Part shown: piece after piece, positions 39,444 to 53,360 of the stretch
How the letters are laid out: every line of letters begins with the position of its first letter
Position numbering within the stretch: the first letter of the stretch is position 1
Origin: Octopus sinensis
Lineage: Eukaryota
DNA length: 64,000 bases
Reading direction: 5' to 3'
Assembly (NCBI RefSeq): GCF_006345805.1
Contig: NC_043000.1
Coordinates: forward strand, 27,590,001 to 27,654,000
Translations under genes and position numbers: made by a program
The notes under the pieces: generated by a model
Databases searched by the model: none
Seen by the model: the letters and a program-made list of their open reading frames with translations, nothing else
Told to the model about the DNA's origin: nothing

Positions 39444-40000
39444 TGTGTTTGAGTGCGTATGTAGGTATGTATGTATACGGAGAGAGAGACAGACAGACAG
39501 AGAATTGGCCGTTTTGTAAGTAGCTTGCTAAAAAACAACCACATGGTCCTGGGTTCAGTCCCACGGCGTGGCATCTTGGACTAGTGTCTTTTACTATAGT
39601 CTTGGGTCGACAAAAGGCTTGTGAGTGGATTTAGCAGACGGAAACTGAAAGAAGCCCCTAGTATGTATATATATATATATATATATATAAATATGTTTGC
39701 CTGTGTTAGTCCCCCCCATCATCGCTTGTCAACCAATGCTGGTGTATTTATGTCCCAGTGACTTAGCGGTTCAGTAAAAGAGAACGGTAGAATAAGTACT
39801 AGGCTTGCAAAGATTAAGTCCTGGGGTCAATTTGTTCGACTAAAAAGGCAGTGCTCCCGCATGGCCGCACTCATATGTCTGAAACAAAACGAAGAATAAA
39901 TGGAAGAATGTATATATATATATACATACGTGTGAGTGTTTTGTGTATATATGTATATATATATATATATATTATATATATATATGTGTGTGTGTGTGTG

Positions 40001-40072
<72 letters not shown>

Positions 40073-40600
40073 TGTGTTTGAGTGCGTATGTAGGTATGTA
40101 TGTATACGGAGAGAGAGACAGACAGACAGAGAATTGGCCGTTTTGTAAGTAGCTTGCTAAAAAACAACCACATGGTCCTGGGTTCAGTCCCACGGCGTGG
40201 CATCTTGGACTAGTGTCTTTTACTATAGTCTTGGGTCGACAAAAGGCTTGTGAGTGGATTAGCAGACGGAAACTGAAAGAAGCCCCTAGTATGTATATAT
40301 ATATATATATATATATATAAATATGTTTGCCTGTGTTAGTCCCCCCCATCATCGCTTGTCAACCAATGCTGGTGTATTTATGTCCCAGTGACTTAGCGGT
40401 TCAGTAAAAGAGAACGGTAGAATAAGTACTAGGCTTGCAAAGATTAAGTCCTGGGGTCAATTTGTTCGACTAAAAAGGCAGTGCTCCCGCATGGCCGCAC
40501 TCATATGTCTGAAACAAAACGAAGAATAAATGGAAGAATGTATATATATATATACATACGTGTGAGTGTTTTGTGTATATATGTATATATATATATATAA
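39350..40600 (+). repeat. ~630-bp tandem duplication, each unit microsatellite plus SINE family B (39500-39900, 40131-40530)
   Basis: The two SINE copies share private substitutions such as GCTAAAAAACAACC and CTTGGACTAGTG. Confidence 0.9.
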
Positions 40601-41006
40601 TATATATATCACATACACATACACATTTATATATATAAATAAACATATACATATATATATAAGATACTTATACAGTTGCGGCAAAAATGTTCAGAACGGC
40701 ATAACTTTCGTCAGAAAAGTAGATATAAGTTTTTATCACAGTTGTTTTATATTCTATAATTTGCACAGACGATAAATACAATATCATTTGTTATTCTCTG
40801 AGATTTTGATGTAATTTGAGAGGATAATACAAAAGTTATGGATGATTTAGGGATTTACAGCAAAACCCATGGCGGCCAAAATGATCAGAACAGTTGCTTT
40901 TACTCCATGTTTTAGTATATTTAATCAGCGAACACTAATGTTTTGAATTTGTTTACATGGCGGTTCATTTACTAAACACGCCTAAGAATATCTGCAGAGT
41001 ACTTTG

Positions 41007-41335
41007 AAGGCGCATGGCTCAGTGGTTAGAGCGTCGAGCTTACGATCGTGAAGTTGTGAGCTCGAATCCCGGACCGAGCTGCGTGTTGTGTTCTCGAGCA
41101 AGGCACTTTATTTCACGTTGCACCAGTTCACTCAGCTGTAGAAATGAGTTGCGACGTCACAGGTGCCAAGCTGTATCGACCTTTGTCTTTCCCTTGGATA
41201 ACACTGGTGGCTGGTATGCATGGGCGACTGCTGGCCTTCCATAAAAACAACCTTGCCCAGACTTGTGTCTAGGAGGGTAACTTTCTAGGTGCAATCCCAT
41301 GGTCATTCATGACCGAAGGGGGTCTTTACCCCTTT
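41007..41335 (+). mobile_element. tRNA-headed SINE family D nested in the Tc1 5' region
   Basis: GGCTCAGTGGTTAGAGCG..GAGCTCGAATCCC; TSD TACTTTG (41000-41006 and 41336-41342). Confidence 0.85.
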
Positions 41336-41350
41336 TACTTTGTTGATATA

Positions 41351-42367
41351 ATGCCACTTACTCCGTTACCAATTCGTCAGCAGATTATTAAGCTTCGAAA
41401 GAAGGATAATTTAAGTATTAGGTCTATTTCAAAGATTGTTAACAAGTCAAAAAGTGTTGTACACGGTATTCTTAAGGTCTACGATGATTGTGGTTCGTGT
41501 AAAGCAAGAAAGTCTACAGGTAGGCCAAGAAAAACGACCAAGAGAGAAGATCGTGCTATGGTAAAGTTGGTTAAAAAGAACAGATTTTAAAACTGCTGCT
41601 GCTGTTTCTCGGGAAATGAGCATTGTACTGAAGAAAACTTTATCTCGAAAAACTGTGTCTCGTCCTTTAGTTGAACATAACCTACAAGCAAGAGCACCTG
41701 CAGTGAAGCCACTGATCAGCTCCAAGAATAAAAAGTGTCGTCTTTGCAACCTAACATGTGTTGTTGTCTCAAGAAAAATGACAAATGGTGCATTTCAGTG
41801 ATGAATCTAAGTCTATGTTATTTGGCTCAGATGGCAAAAGGTACGTTCGTCGAAAAGCAAGTGAAAAATTGTCGCCTCAATGCCTTAAAACTAGTGTTAA
41901 TTTCGGTGGAGGAAGTGTCATGGTTTGGGAGATGATATCTGGAGATGTTGTGGGCCCTTTGCTGCGATTACATGGAAAGGTAAATGCAGGAGTTTATAAA
42001 CAACTTGTAAAAGATCATGTCTTGCCTGTGCTGAGAAATTCAACTAAGCGACCACCCATATTCATGCAGGACAATGCCTCATGTCACAAGGCTAAGGTGG
42101 TCATGAACTTCCTCAAGGCTGAAAAGGTTATTGTTATGGATTGGCCTGCTCAAAGCCCAGACCTCAATCCTATTGAAAATGTGTGGAATGTTCTAGGAGA
42201 ACGTTTGAAAGCAAGAAATCCTAAAACAAACGAGCAATAATGGAATGCCCTTCAGGAAGAATGGAATAAGATCACCCAGCAAGAAATTGAAAATTTAAGT
42301 TCCCCATGCAGTCGAAGATGTCAAACTTTGATTGAAGCTAAAGGGCTTCACACTAAATATGAAATAA
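41351..42367 (+). pseudogene. Tc1 DD34E transposase, frameshifted with premature stop
   Basis: HTH region ..STGRPRKTT..; FSDESK; QDNASCH..WPAQSPDLNPIENVW (34 residues between D and E); ends GLHTKY. Confidence 0.92.
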
Positions 42368-44522
42368 TTCCAGCATTCTCTGTCACTTTTTGATTATTTT
42401 GTTATTTTTTCAACCGTTCTGATCATTTTGGCTGCCATGGGTTTTGCAGTAAATCACTATATCATCATAACTCAAATTACACTAAAATCTCAGATAATAC
42501 CAATTAATATCGTATGTATTGTCTGTGAAAATTATAGAATATAAAACAACTTTAATAAAAACTTATACCTACTTTTCTGACAAAAACAATGCCGTTCTGA
42601 ACATTTTGACCGCAACTGTATGTACGCAAGCTTATTTTCAAATGAACCGCACCTATGCTTACATGCATATACGCATATACGCATATGTAGCCGTACACAC
42701 GTGCGCATATACGTATGTAAGCATAGAAACAAATTTTGTGCAAACGCTAAGTACATTGACTATAGAACTCGACTAGTCATCCATTCAGCCATTCATCAAC
42801 TAACATATTAACCAGATTTCACCATTCAATCCATGAAAAACACTGGCGATGAGAGGAAAAGATAACCCTCATCATAAATGTATTGCTGAATATTAAACCG
42901 TAACTGGATACGCACCATTAACATATGTTTTCAATTTGTCAATAATTGCATTTTCACTAAACGAGAAATTTAACTGCTCTACGCGATGATCAGCAGTAGA
43001 CAGGATAATGACGCTGTGCGTAGAATATACTCTGTGGATTTTAATACTTGTCGGAATGTCTTGTGTATTTTACCTTCAAACACACGGCTCCCTTCCACTT
43101 CAGTTAATCCATAACCGAGTTTAATACCGATCAAACGTTGTCTGAATTCATGCCGGTGTATAAGCGATTATTTTAAGTGGGCGCAACATGGCCGAATAAT
43201 TAAGAAATTCGCTTTAGAATCTCGAGGTTCCTCATACAATTCTACTGAGTGGGTGATGTGCAAATGTATTTTACCGTTGGCTTGAATCACCCCATGATTT
43301 GCAAATGAAATTAAAAGATGGAACCCGTGCGGAAATCCGTCGGATGGCTCGTGCCTATAACCAGAATGTAGAGCCCGATCACACAGTGTGTCACTTCGGT
43401 TCGATCTGAGAATTATTTGTCTTTTTAATTATATGAATGTCGTGCTCAGGATACGCTATAAAGCTTCGTAGACTAATTGAAGGGAGGAAATTACCCACAA
43501 AACAGAAACATGCAACAAAGTAGAATTCACTGACGGATCCTGAGATGCCAGGTTCTGGTAATTGTGGTGGTGGTGGTGGTGGTGGTGGTGGTAATTATGG
43601 TGGTGTTAAACTGGGTGATGAATTAAGTCTATCACACAAATTTACCGTGACGGGGTTTCAACTCAGAGAAAAGACCCGGAACAACAGCCGCTAGGCATCC
43701 GGCCTACCTTTCTTACAGTTTCACCAATCCAACGACTTAGATTGCTATAATGTTTCTGTCGACACCGACAGATGAAAGCTAAAGTTGTTTTCGATCTCGG
43801 GTAGCAACTCAACTCAAAATGCAGAGAGTCAGAAAAATATGACGAATTATGTTGTCCGGCTCCCTAACGACTCCACCACTAATGCCCAAGGCTGTGAAAT
43901 GGTCAGCCTCGTACACAATTACTCAAATGAGCACATAATGCTGTTGATGGTAGAAGTGTACCCGTATCATCATGATTAACAATATCCATTGTTCTACCTT
44001 ACTGTAATAATGATAAAATAATTTCGACCTCGTTTTCAATTAGGAGTTCCAAGTCTTCTGTGTTGGAGGATAATTCTAACACAAAAAATGATACTGGGTT
44101 CATATTTATCATGCAAAACCCTCTCCGGTTTGTATATGATTTCTCCTAGAAAACTTTCCAATGTTATTCAAAGCATTCAGCCACATGGGAGAAATAAAGT
44201 AATTTTCTTGACCTCCTCCAACAACAGCTCCTAGTGAAATATTTTCCCTACTTCTTGGTCTCCATTTTTTTATTCCATTTATTCCTTCCTTATAATTTTA
44301 TATTTATTCTCCGCCAATGAAACTGTCCGCCATGATGTGCATTTATATTCCTAAGAACACACACGCTTAAACAGCAATATCCAAGCCCCGCCTGTAAAAT
44401 AGGTAAAAAAAAGCGTTTATATGATTGTACATAATAGCAAACACACGCACACACACATGCACACACACAGCCACACACAGACACACAGACACACACATAC
44501 ATATATTTATGTATGCATATAC

Positions 44523-44566
<44 letters not shown>

Positions 44567-44584
44567 ATATGTGTGGGGGGGGTC

Positions 44585-44741
44585 TGTGTGTGCCTGAGTG
44601 TGTGCGAGTGTGTGTCCATACATATAGATACAAACACATTGTGCGTGTGTGTACATATATATATATATATACACACACACGCACAAATGTGTTTGTATCT
44701 ATATGTATGGACACACACTCGCACACACTCAGGCACACACA
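44585..44741. repeat. Near-perfect palindrome (~70-bp arms) centred on (TA)n
   Basis: GTGTGTGCCTGAGTGTGTGCGAGTGTGTGTCCATACATATAGATACAAACACA and its exact reverse complement. Confidence 0.9.
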
Positions 44742-45568
44742 TATAATATAAAAAAGAATATATATTTATGTATAATAATATATGCATGTGTGTTTGAGCG
44801 TTCTTGTGCTTATGAGAGAGTGAGAGAGAAAGAGCGAGTGTGTGTGTGTGTGTGTGTGTGTTTGTATGTGTATGTGTATGTGTATGTGTATGTGTGCGGA
44901 ATACACACAACGTTCGTGTTTTCTATTCCATTTTCAGTGTTTCTATGCATGTTGTATATATGATCCATTGCTATGTGTCATAGAAATGTGACATTTCTTA
45001 AGTCAGCGCCGATATTATGACGACCTATTGGAGACATGTTTCTACGTTGCTGGCTTTGATTTAGACCGAAAATCTATTGGGTTTATTTTCAGAATTGCGA
45101 TTCATCTCGGTATTTTTTTATGCAACGAATATATTTTACAATCATTTATTTGATCGTCGCCTTCATCAAAACATCTCACTCAATTCGAAATTGTTTGCTA
45201 AAAGTCATATGTCTCATGGTGGAACTAATATGCTCTTCTCTCACACTCTCTCTTCTTGACTCTCACTATATGTTAATACGTGCGTACGTAGATGTGTGTG
45301 AATGTCGATCCATGCATGTAAAACAAATATATTCATTCTCCTGTCCTCCTCATTTACTGAGTTATTTCTGTCTCCACACACACTATTTCACAATTCCTCT
45401 TCCTATCAACTTTTCATTTCTACATTTCGCTGCTATGACACAAGTTTTATATCATTTATCACACAAATATCAAATGCACAAATGGTTTACGTGCAGAAAT
45501 ACGGCATAGAACTAATACATACATACATGCATATACGTTCATTTATGTGTGTGTGTACACATACATGC

Positions 45569-45603
<35 letters not shown>

Positions 45604-45962
45604 TATATACCCGTGCTTTCCCCACTCTCGGCCCCCACCTCCCGACAACACCATACCACACTACGCATCATATCACAACACATCGCCCACACACCAGCAC
45701 TGGCCAATTCCCATCCACACATTTTCACACCTACACATACACACACCTACACGTCAAGATCATCAGCCCTATTTCACACGCACACACGCACTCTCTTATA
45801 CACGCACGCACGCACCTTCGTTGTAGGGGTCATCTTTACTTTGTTATCTCCCCTACTTCTTCGCTCTCTTGTGTGACCCTTCTGTCGCTATAATAGATCG
45901 GTAGCCACTACACACATTTTTTCCCCTTCTTGTTTCTCTACTTGTTTTTTTTTTCTGAGTCC

Positions 45963-45998
45963 CTTTCTGTAGAAGAGCGTTGGCTTGAAACGTAAAAG
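45963..45998 (+). ncRNA. Minimal hammerhead-like motif (A6U variant) in element 45865-46076
   Basis: CTTT-CTGTAGA-A-GAGC-GTTG-GCTT-GAAA-CGT-A-AAAG; element ends at (TA)n. Confidence 0.55.
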
Positions 45999-46074
45999 AC
46001 TTTTTATTCCTGAGCGCTATACTAATACATATGTTTGCTTTGTACACCACCTGTCTTCGTCTTTTGAATTTTTC

Positions 46075-46107
<33 letters not shown>

Positions 46108-46110
<3 letters not shown>

Positions 46111-46455
46111 CACTTTCATCACTTTGACCGACCAGTCCAACGGGCGTCCATTTGACACCGCTGGTCACAGCACAGTGTCCACTCACTCTGGATCGCGTCT
46201 TTCTCATCCATGTTATCCTAATCGTCCTCCTGAAATCGTAACTCCACCGTCGTGGAGGCCATCTGAGTGGTCGTTTCCGCTCGCGCGGGTACCACTCGAG
46301 AAATGCGCGGTTCCACCGCTTATCGGTGAACTGAGCGACGTATCCAGCCCATCTAAACTTGCTGCGTGTATATTCTGCGATAACATCTTTCACGCCGGAC
46401 TTCTCTCTAATGACCTCGCTACTGATGTGGTCTAAGCATTCACCTTCCCATTGCT
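46108..46455 (-). pseudogene. RTE-clade LINE 3' end
   Basis: KDVIAEYTRSKFRWAGYVAQFTDKRW..EWYPRERKRPLRWPPRRW; tail AAAGTGATGAAAGTGAT. Confidence 0.85.
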
Positions 46456-47804
46456 CTTTGAGACGTTACCAGTTTCACTGCGGTACCAGCAGAATCTAAC
46501 CAACAGGACTAGAAAGTGGTTTCATGATATCGGCCAAACAATGGGTGCTTCTAGAACACGAGCTACTGCATTACTTACAAGCTCTATGGAGTATTGTACA
46601 TTCAATATGTTGGTCGTTTACCGTTTTAGTGTATTTGATAGGAAATCTGACGAAACAGCGTATTAGTCAGAGCTGTCAAGCAACGCTTCAGTTCTTTATG
46701 CTAACCTCGAATTATACGCCACACGCACACATACATAGTGATAGACATTTATTCATAAACTTTAAACCATTTTCTTTTCCACGGAGTCACTGACACATTC
46801 ATAAAAATGAGATCAATTTCTACCACTACATATTGTCCGTCCTTGTAAATATATGTACGATGTACGTTTTATTTAGAAACAATATTCAAAGATATTCAGA
46901 GAACTTTTCACATATTTCCTCGTAAATATTCGTTTTAGAAATTTATAAATATCATTGACTTAATACTGAATATACTATGGCAAGAATAGCAAATAATAGT
47001 TATATCATTATTAATATGGCTACATATCTAGAGCTTCGAATGGTTGCAGTATTAGCGAAATTTCCAAATTCCCAGACAGTAATTATTGCTACATTTAAAC
47101 TTCGTCTGCAAATTGATATTGTGGTTCGAGCAGTTTGTATAAAGTTGAATGACTGCATCGAAGCAAACGGCATAGATGAAGTCGTATAACCGGCGTACAT
47201 ACGTCAACAAGCAAACGTAAACACAAATACACATGCGTAATAATATATCGTCTCATCCGGCTTCCTCTTATGCTGACGTTGCTTCGATGACCACCCTGTT
47301 CCTTGCAAAACAAAATACACTGGCATAGAAGTACCCCACTTTTTGTTATCTCTGTCAAGAACCGAATGGACGTCGAAGGATCTTCAGTGTATGGGCTTAA
47401 TGGATCAGGCAAAATATATTATTAAAATTTCTTATATGCAGGAGTCTAGATGTGTGTATTTTTGTCTGAGTGATTTTTCGTGACCTACAAGCATTGTTTG
47501 AACATAGGCTTTCATATAGATTATAGTATTTTCTAAAGAATCACCAAAAATTTCAAGGAAATCTATAATATATGTTCATTTTCCTAATAAAAGCACACAG
47601 TAGCCATTAGGTTTGAAGATTTATTGAGTGGAGTGCCTTGATAATTTATTTAATCCTCAAATTTGTGTGTGTGTGTATGTGCGTGTGTGTGTACATATTC
47701 ATATACACTCATATATAAACATCTGTAAATATAAACGTTGAAATGTTGGGATATCTATCTATCTATCTATATATATATACATATATATATATATATGCAT
47801 ACAC

Positions 47805-47861
<57 letters not shown>

Positions 47862-47866
<5 letters not shown>

Positions 47867-48166
47867 TGGCAGGGCTGGCCTGCTAGGTAGCCGGCCAGAA
47901 TGCTAGAAATAGATCATAAACGATCAAACTACAAGGGAAATTCTCTAGAGGAAGAATTCTTGCTGAATTCTTCCTCTAGAGAATTTCCCTTGTAGTTTGA
48001 TCGTTTATGATCTATTTCTAGCATTCTGGCCGGCTACCTAGCAGGCCAGCCCTGCCAATATACACATATATTTGAATTTTCTCTGACTCCTCAGATTTTT
48101 TGAATGCTGGACTACTGGTTTTAAATTGATATTAAAATTAATATTAATTTATCTCCCTCAATTTTT
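47862..48166. mobile_element. Fold-back element: perfect 98-bp inverted arms (47862-47959 and 47965-48062) plus unique tail
   Basis: 5-nt loop TTGCT; (TA)n on both sides; right end CCCTCAATT. Confidence 0.85.
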
Positions 48167-48172
48167 TATATA

Positions 48173-48595
<423 letters not shown>

Positions 48596-48616
48596 ATATC
48601 ATATATATATATACAC

Positions 48617-48671
<55 letters not shown>

Positions 48672-49015
48672 CCAAGAGAGTTAGAGATTATGAATCCAAC
48701 CGACTCAGGGATAATATCTATCCAACATACTCCTGCTAGAATACCCAGTTATTAATACATAAGCGTGTTTTTATTGCGTGGCAATTACACTATTGAATGT
48801 AATAAATGGGTGAGGGTAAAAAGTTATTTTACTCTTAATTTATACAGCAATAAGAAAATGGAGGGGATCGAGAGGTGGTATTCATCAACTTTTAGACGTT
48901 ATTTTATGTCTATTTATTTATTTATTAGAAAAACAATTATAACAATATACATACACAATATATAACGTAGAACATAGAAAGTAAAACAGTTTCTTACAGC
49001 TGTTAATGTAGACCA

Positions 49016-49084
<69 letters not shown>

Positions 49085-49088
<4 letters not shown>

Positions 49089-49930
49089 TCTTAATGCCTA
49101 GCGTTATAAGAAAAGCCGTTGAAAAAGTACCGATTTTCAAAACGGTGAAATTCTAAACAACAAATTTAGAATGGGTGAATATTAACAATTAAACACTAAA
49201 GGCAAAATTAATAAGAGTTAAAACAACTGAAAACCCACAAAAGTACTGTTTTTATGACTGACAAAGGGTGGTGAGTCCGCAGCGTATATAGTCGAACACC
49301 GGACATTATAACCTAACTAATTTAATTCCTAAATAACACCAATGTTATTCATCCAATCTTTATTTACATTTCCCAATATAATGTTTGTACATTACACCCC
49401 GCCACGATAAACTATATCCTTCTTTACATGTAAATATAATACATACATTTTTTTTTCAAATAAATGTGATGCTTTAGTTGCAATTTAACGTTTAATATAG
49501 GCTAAATTTTAAGCGATAAACTTCTAACCACATGAACTCTGCGTCTTTCATATTATTTTGTTTACATTTGAAAATTTCCTAAACACAGTTCTCAAATATG
49601 TAATTTCGTATCTCAAGATTAATATATACTTATTTTTCCTGAAGAGATCTAACAAAATACCGCATATTACACCTTTAAAAATTACAATTATTGATGTTTC
49701 TAAAATATCATTATATTGAAACGTATGGAGAATTTCTCGGTGGATATTTGGGGGTTATTTTGTTGATTCGGTTCCTTTTACACTTGTTCCGGTTCCATAT
49801 ATACATGTTCTTATAGGTATATCTTTTAATCTTTTAATTTGCATTACTTTTCCAATTATAATACAAATAAAATGAACCAAGCGTCTTTTTAATTTTCTTC
49901 CCCATTTTCTTTTATTGACTTTTTAATATT
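49085..49930 (+). mobile_element. Old PLE-like terminal region with decayed long-stem-II hammerhead (~49633-49730)
   Basis: CTGAAGA-GAT..[~65 nt]..ATT-GAAACGTA; 49516-49760 is a diverged reverse-complement homolog of ~62850-63074. Confidence 0.45.
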
Positions 49931-49972
49931 TTATATATATTTATGTATACATATGTGTGTGTATGTGTAATC

Positions 49973-50008
<36 letters not shown>

Positions 50009-51249
50009 GTAGATAGATAGATTGATTGATAGATAAATTTGTATTCACAAACGTAGAATAGTAGTCAATACACATACATATACACACACGTAAGCACACG
50101 CAAACATGCACGTACACATACACACATATATATGCACATATACGCGAATGCGTATAGAGACATATTGTACAATATTGCACAGAAACACATATTTTATATT
50201 TCTTTTCGTCCGCAATCAACATGTCTGTAACTGATATTTCTATGACTTGTTCAAGAAATTAACGGGTCAAATAAGTAGGAAGCAATGTTGAAGTGGGTTC
50301 ACCTTAATTATCGAAACCTTATCGTATTAGCAACGGGCAATTCATTACTAATCGGGAAAAAATGTAGGAGAGCCAAAAAAATGAATAATTTCTTAAAGAA
50401 TCGCAATTTAAGGGATGACTGACATTCTTTTTTCGTTTTAGGTTGTTTTTTTTTTATTTTATATCAATTGATTTCCATTATTCAGACATTTTAACACAAC
50501 GTGTTTATAGCCCCGTTGGAATGTGCGAAATATCTGAGACTGATTCAAAGATCAAACCACACTCAATCTGTTACTTTTGAAATTTCATTATCTGAAGAGT
50601 TTAGAACTCAAAGATTCAAGGGGTTCTTCCTCTACTTGACCTTTGTTTGGCTCATTCCACACACTTCTAATTCGCAAAGTTTCAACAAATAGACTCTTAG
50701 GCAAATCAAATTCAAATTTCAATTTAATTTTGTTGCTTGAATTTTTTTTATATTTATATTTATAACTTTATTTTACAGTCATGTTCAATGTGTGCGTGTG
50801 TGTGTGTGGATGTGCGCTTCAGCGCGTGTGCGTATGTATGTATGCATATACACAAATATGTATGTGTGCCTAGTAGATTAGTATTGGAGTTTATGTGTTA
50901 GTGACATATAAATTACGAGATATATAATTTTACTTGTACTATGTCTGTATATTTGATTTTGGCTCTTATCGATATATAATAAAGAGCATTAGATATTTAC
51001 TGAAAATAGAACAACCTCTCAAATCATTTAGTAATTTTCATAAGATTCACAACACTTTATTCATCATACTTAATTCAATATTCATCACCTACTTTACGCA
51101 GAATCCTTTGACCTTTCTAGACGCTTTTGAACTTTGGCAACTCGTAGAGGTGTAATACCGCTAAAACATTTCTCTGTGGCTTTAAGTTAGTATCTTTTAA
51201 ACTCACCACATGGCTTATATGAGGTCCTGTATAGTTTGAATTTCTTAGA

Positions 51250-51624
51250 TTATATTACCAGAGAGATTTCCGCTTCTCGACCCATACTACGAGGGGTTAC
51301 TGAGCAGTTCCTGGAGTTAAGGGTATCGTGAATTCCTGGTTGGAAGCTCAAACTACTAGGTTCTTTTACAGAACTCCGAGAAATTGTAGGACCTCTGCAA
51401 TAGGTGCGTGTATCTGAGAGGGTAATATATTGAAAGAAATGATGATTAACTGATCCTCCTGTATTTCTATAGATTATAATAGATGGGCTCTTTGAATTTG
51501 TTGCGGAATCGTTTAGCTCCGGTGATAGGCCACTGCCCACCACATTTATAGGTAACTGAGACTGGTGTGATCGATTCAGCTGATCATCTTCTTTTAATGA
51601 ACAGCAGGTATAACACAAGAAAAA
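51250..51624 (-). CDS. Candidate terminal exon of an unidentified host gene (124 codons)
   Basis: Non-repetitive 173-aa ORF containing an in-frame acceptor TTTTGTCTTTTTCCAG| at 51625; FFLCYTCC..EAEISLVI*. No homology recognised. Confidence 0.3.
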   Translation of the reverse strand, partial: FFLCYTCCSLKEDDQLNRSHQSQLPINVVGSGLSPELNDSATNSKSPSIIIYRNTGGSVNHHFFQYITLSDTRTYCRGPTISRSSVKEPSSLSFQPGIHDTLNSRNCSVTPRSMGREAEISLVI

Positions 51625-52059
51625 CTGGAAAAAGACAAAATTCTCAGGAGATTGCATTCTGAGAAGGAAATAAATGAGTGTAGTGCTTAGTGAAGAATCT
51701 AGATTGAGGGACTTATTATGGGTTACAAAAAAAATGGGAACAAACTGTATTGGTTTGTCTTTGTTGTGCATGGCTTAATAGCCGTCGTCTCTAAATATGA
51801 GACGCTTCTTATACGCTGACCAACTGTAAAAGCCATGTGGCAACGGTTCTGCGGATCAAGGCTGAGTGTGTTGATATACGATTCAGTTTGGATACGGTTT
51901 ATTTTAACATATTTGCATTTCTGTATATTTTAATAATCTATAATATTGTGATTAGTGCCAAAGTACTAGAGGAAGGTGTCCCACAAACGACGGTCGGTAC
52001 ATAATTTCAGTCCTTCATTAAAAGTAATTGATTTAAGCGTGTAATAATATTGTGTAAGA

Positions 52060-52210
52060 TAGGCTGTGTGGTAAGAAACTTGCTTCCAAATTACATGCAT
52101 TTCGATTTAGTCCCACTGTGGAGAACCTTGGACAAATGATTTCTAAAGCCTAGTTCCGACAAACGCCTTATGAGTGGATTAGTAGACAAAAACTAAACGA
52201 AGCTTGTCAT
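52060..52210 (+). mobile_element. SINE family B, 5' part
   Basis: GGCTGTGTGGTAAGAAACTTGCTTCC..AGTCCCACTG. Confidence 0.7.
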
Positions 52211-52288
52211 ATATATGTGTGCATATATATACATATATATATATATGGGGAGGGTATGTATGTATGTATTTATGTATGTATGTATGTA

Positions 52289-52349
<61 letters not shown>

Positions 52350-52351
<2 letters not shown>

Positions 52352-52496
52352 TGATTGTTTCATCTTCTGGGACAGATGGAATGAAGACCTAAGTATATTT
52401 AATAATATACTGGACACACTTCACCCATCTGTGAAATTCACGACTGAAACTAGTCGCAAAGAATTACCATTTCTGGATATTCAAATAAAAATGTAA
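52350..52496 (+). pseudogene. PLE reverse transcriptase fragment (catalytic DD to LPFLD)
   Basis: DDCFIFW..LSIFNNILDTLHPSVKFTTETSRKELPFLDIQI; starts directly after (TG)n. Confidence 0.85.
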
Positions 52497-53142
52497 TTTT
52501 TTTTAATGTATTATATTTTCCAGTATGTTAAAGTCTACGTTATTGATAATATATGATATTACATGATGTGAATGCTGACTTGTTAAAAATATTTTGTGGA
52601 TCATTCTGAAATCGATTTTTAATAATAGTTTTTCGCATTCAACGTCTGAAAACAAAAATAATTCAGTAACAGATAAAAAAAAAGCATGTCTTACATTCCC
52701 CACTGACTTTGGAAGTCATTACATTTCCTATTTGAATTGCCAGCAAGTTTTAATCATACTAACACAAATCTATTAGATATAATTATGCACATTTTTATAT
52801 AGAGAGAATTGAAAGATAAGTCACTTATATATTAACCTGTGGGACAGCTTTTATCCAGTTGGTTAATTCAGAAGTGCAATTACTAAAATTTCGATGCATA
52901 CTCCATCTAGTTATTATGCATCTGGGATCCGGTTTGTAATTCACAGAGGTATATTTAAATTGTTATCCTATTAAAACTAGCCATTCAGTCAATTTTAAAT
53001 TGCTAACAAAGGATGTCAATTTCATCACTTGAAATCCCAAATTGTCGGAATCTAATTATATTTAGCAGACTATTTAAACCAACGAAGAATGATTTAAGTC
53101 ACTGGTTATACGACAATTTATATACTCGCATTAATAATGGTA

Positions 53143-53326
53143 ATGAAGACGACGACTATGATGATGATGATGATGATCATGATGATGGTGGTGATGATGA
53201 TAATGATGATAATGATGATGGTGGTGGTGATGGTGGTGATGGTGATGGTGCTGATGATGATGATGAAGACGATGATGAGGATGATGATGATGATGATGAT
53301 GATGGTGATGATGATAATGATGATGG

Positions 53327-53360
<34 letters not shown>

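Larger units (their letters stand above)
40673..42618 (+). mobile_element. Tc1-family DNA transposon with long IR/DR-type TIRs
   Basis: TA|CAGTTGCGGCAAAAATGTTCAGAACGGC ... GCCGTTCTGAACATTTTGACCGCAACTG|TA; ~210-225 bp TIRs with inner repeats at ~40871-40896 and ~42411-42436. Confidence 0.95.
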
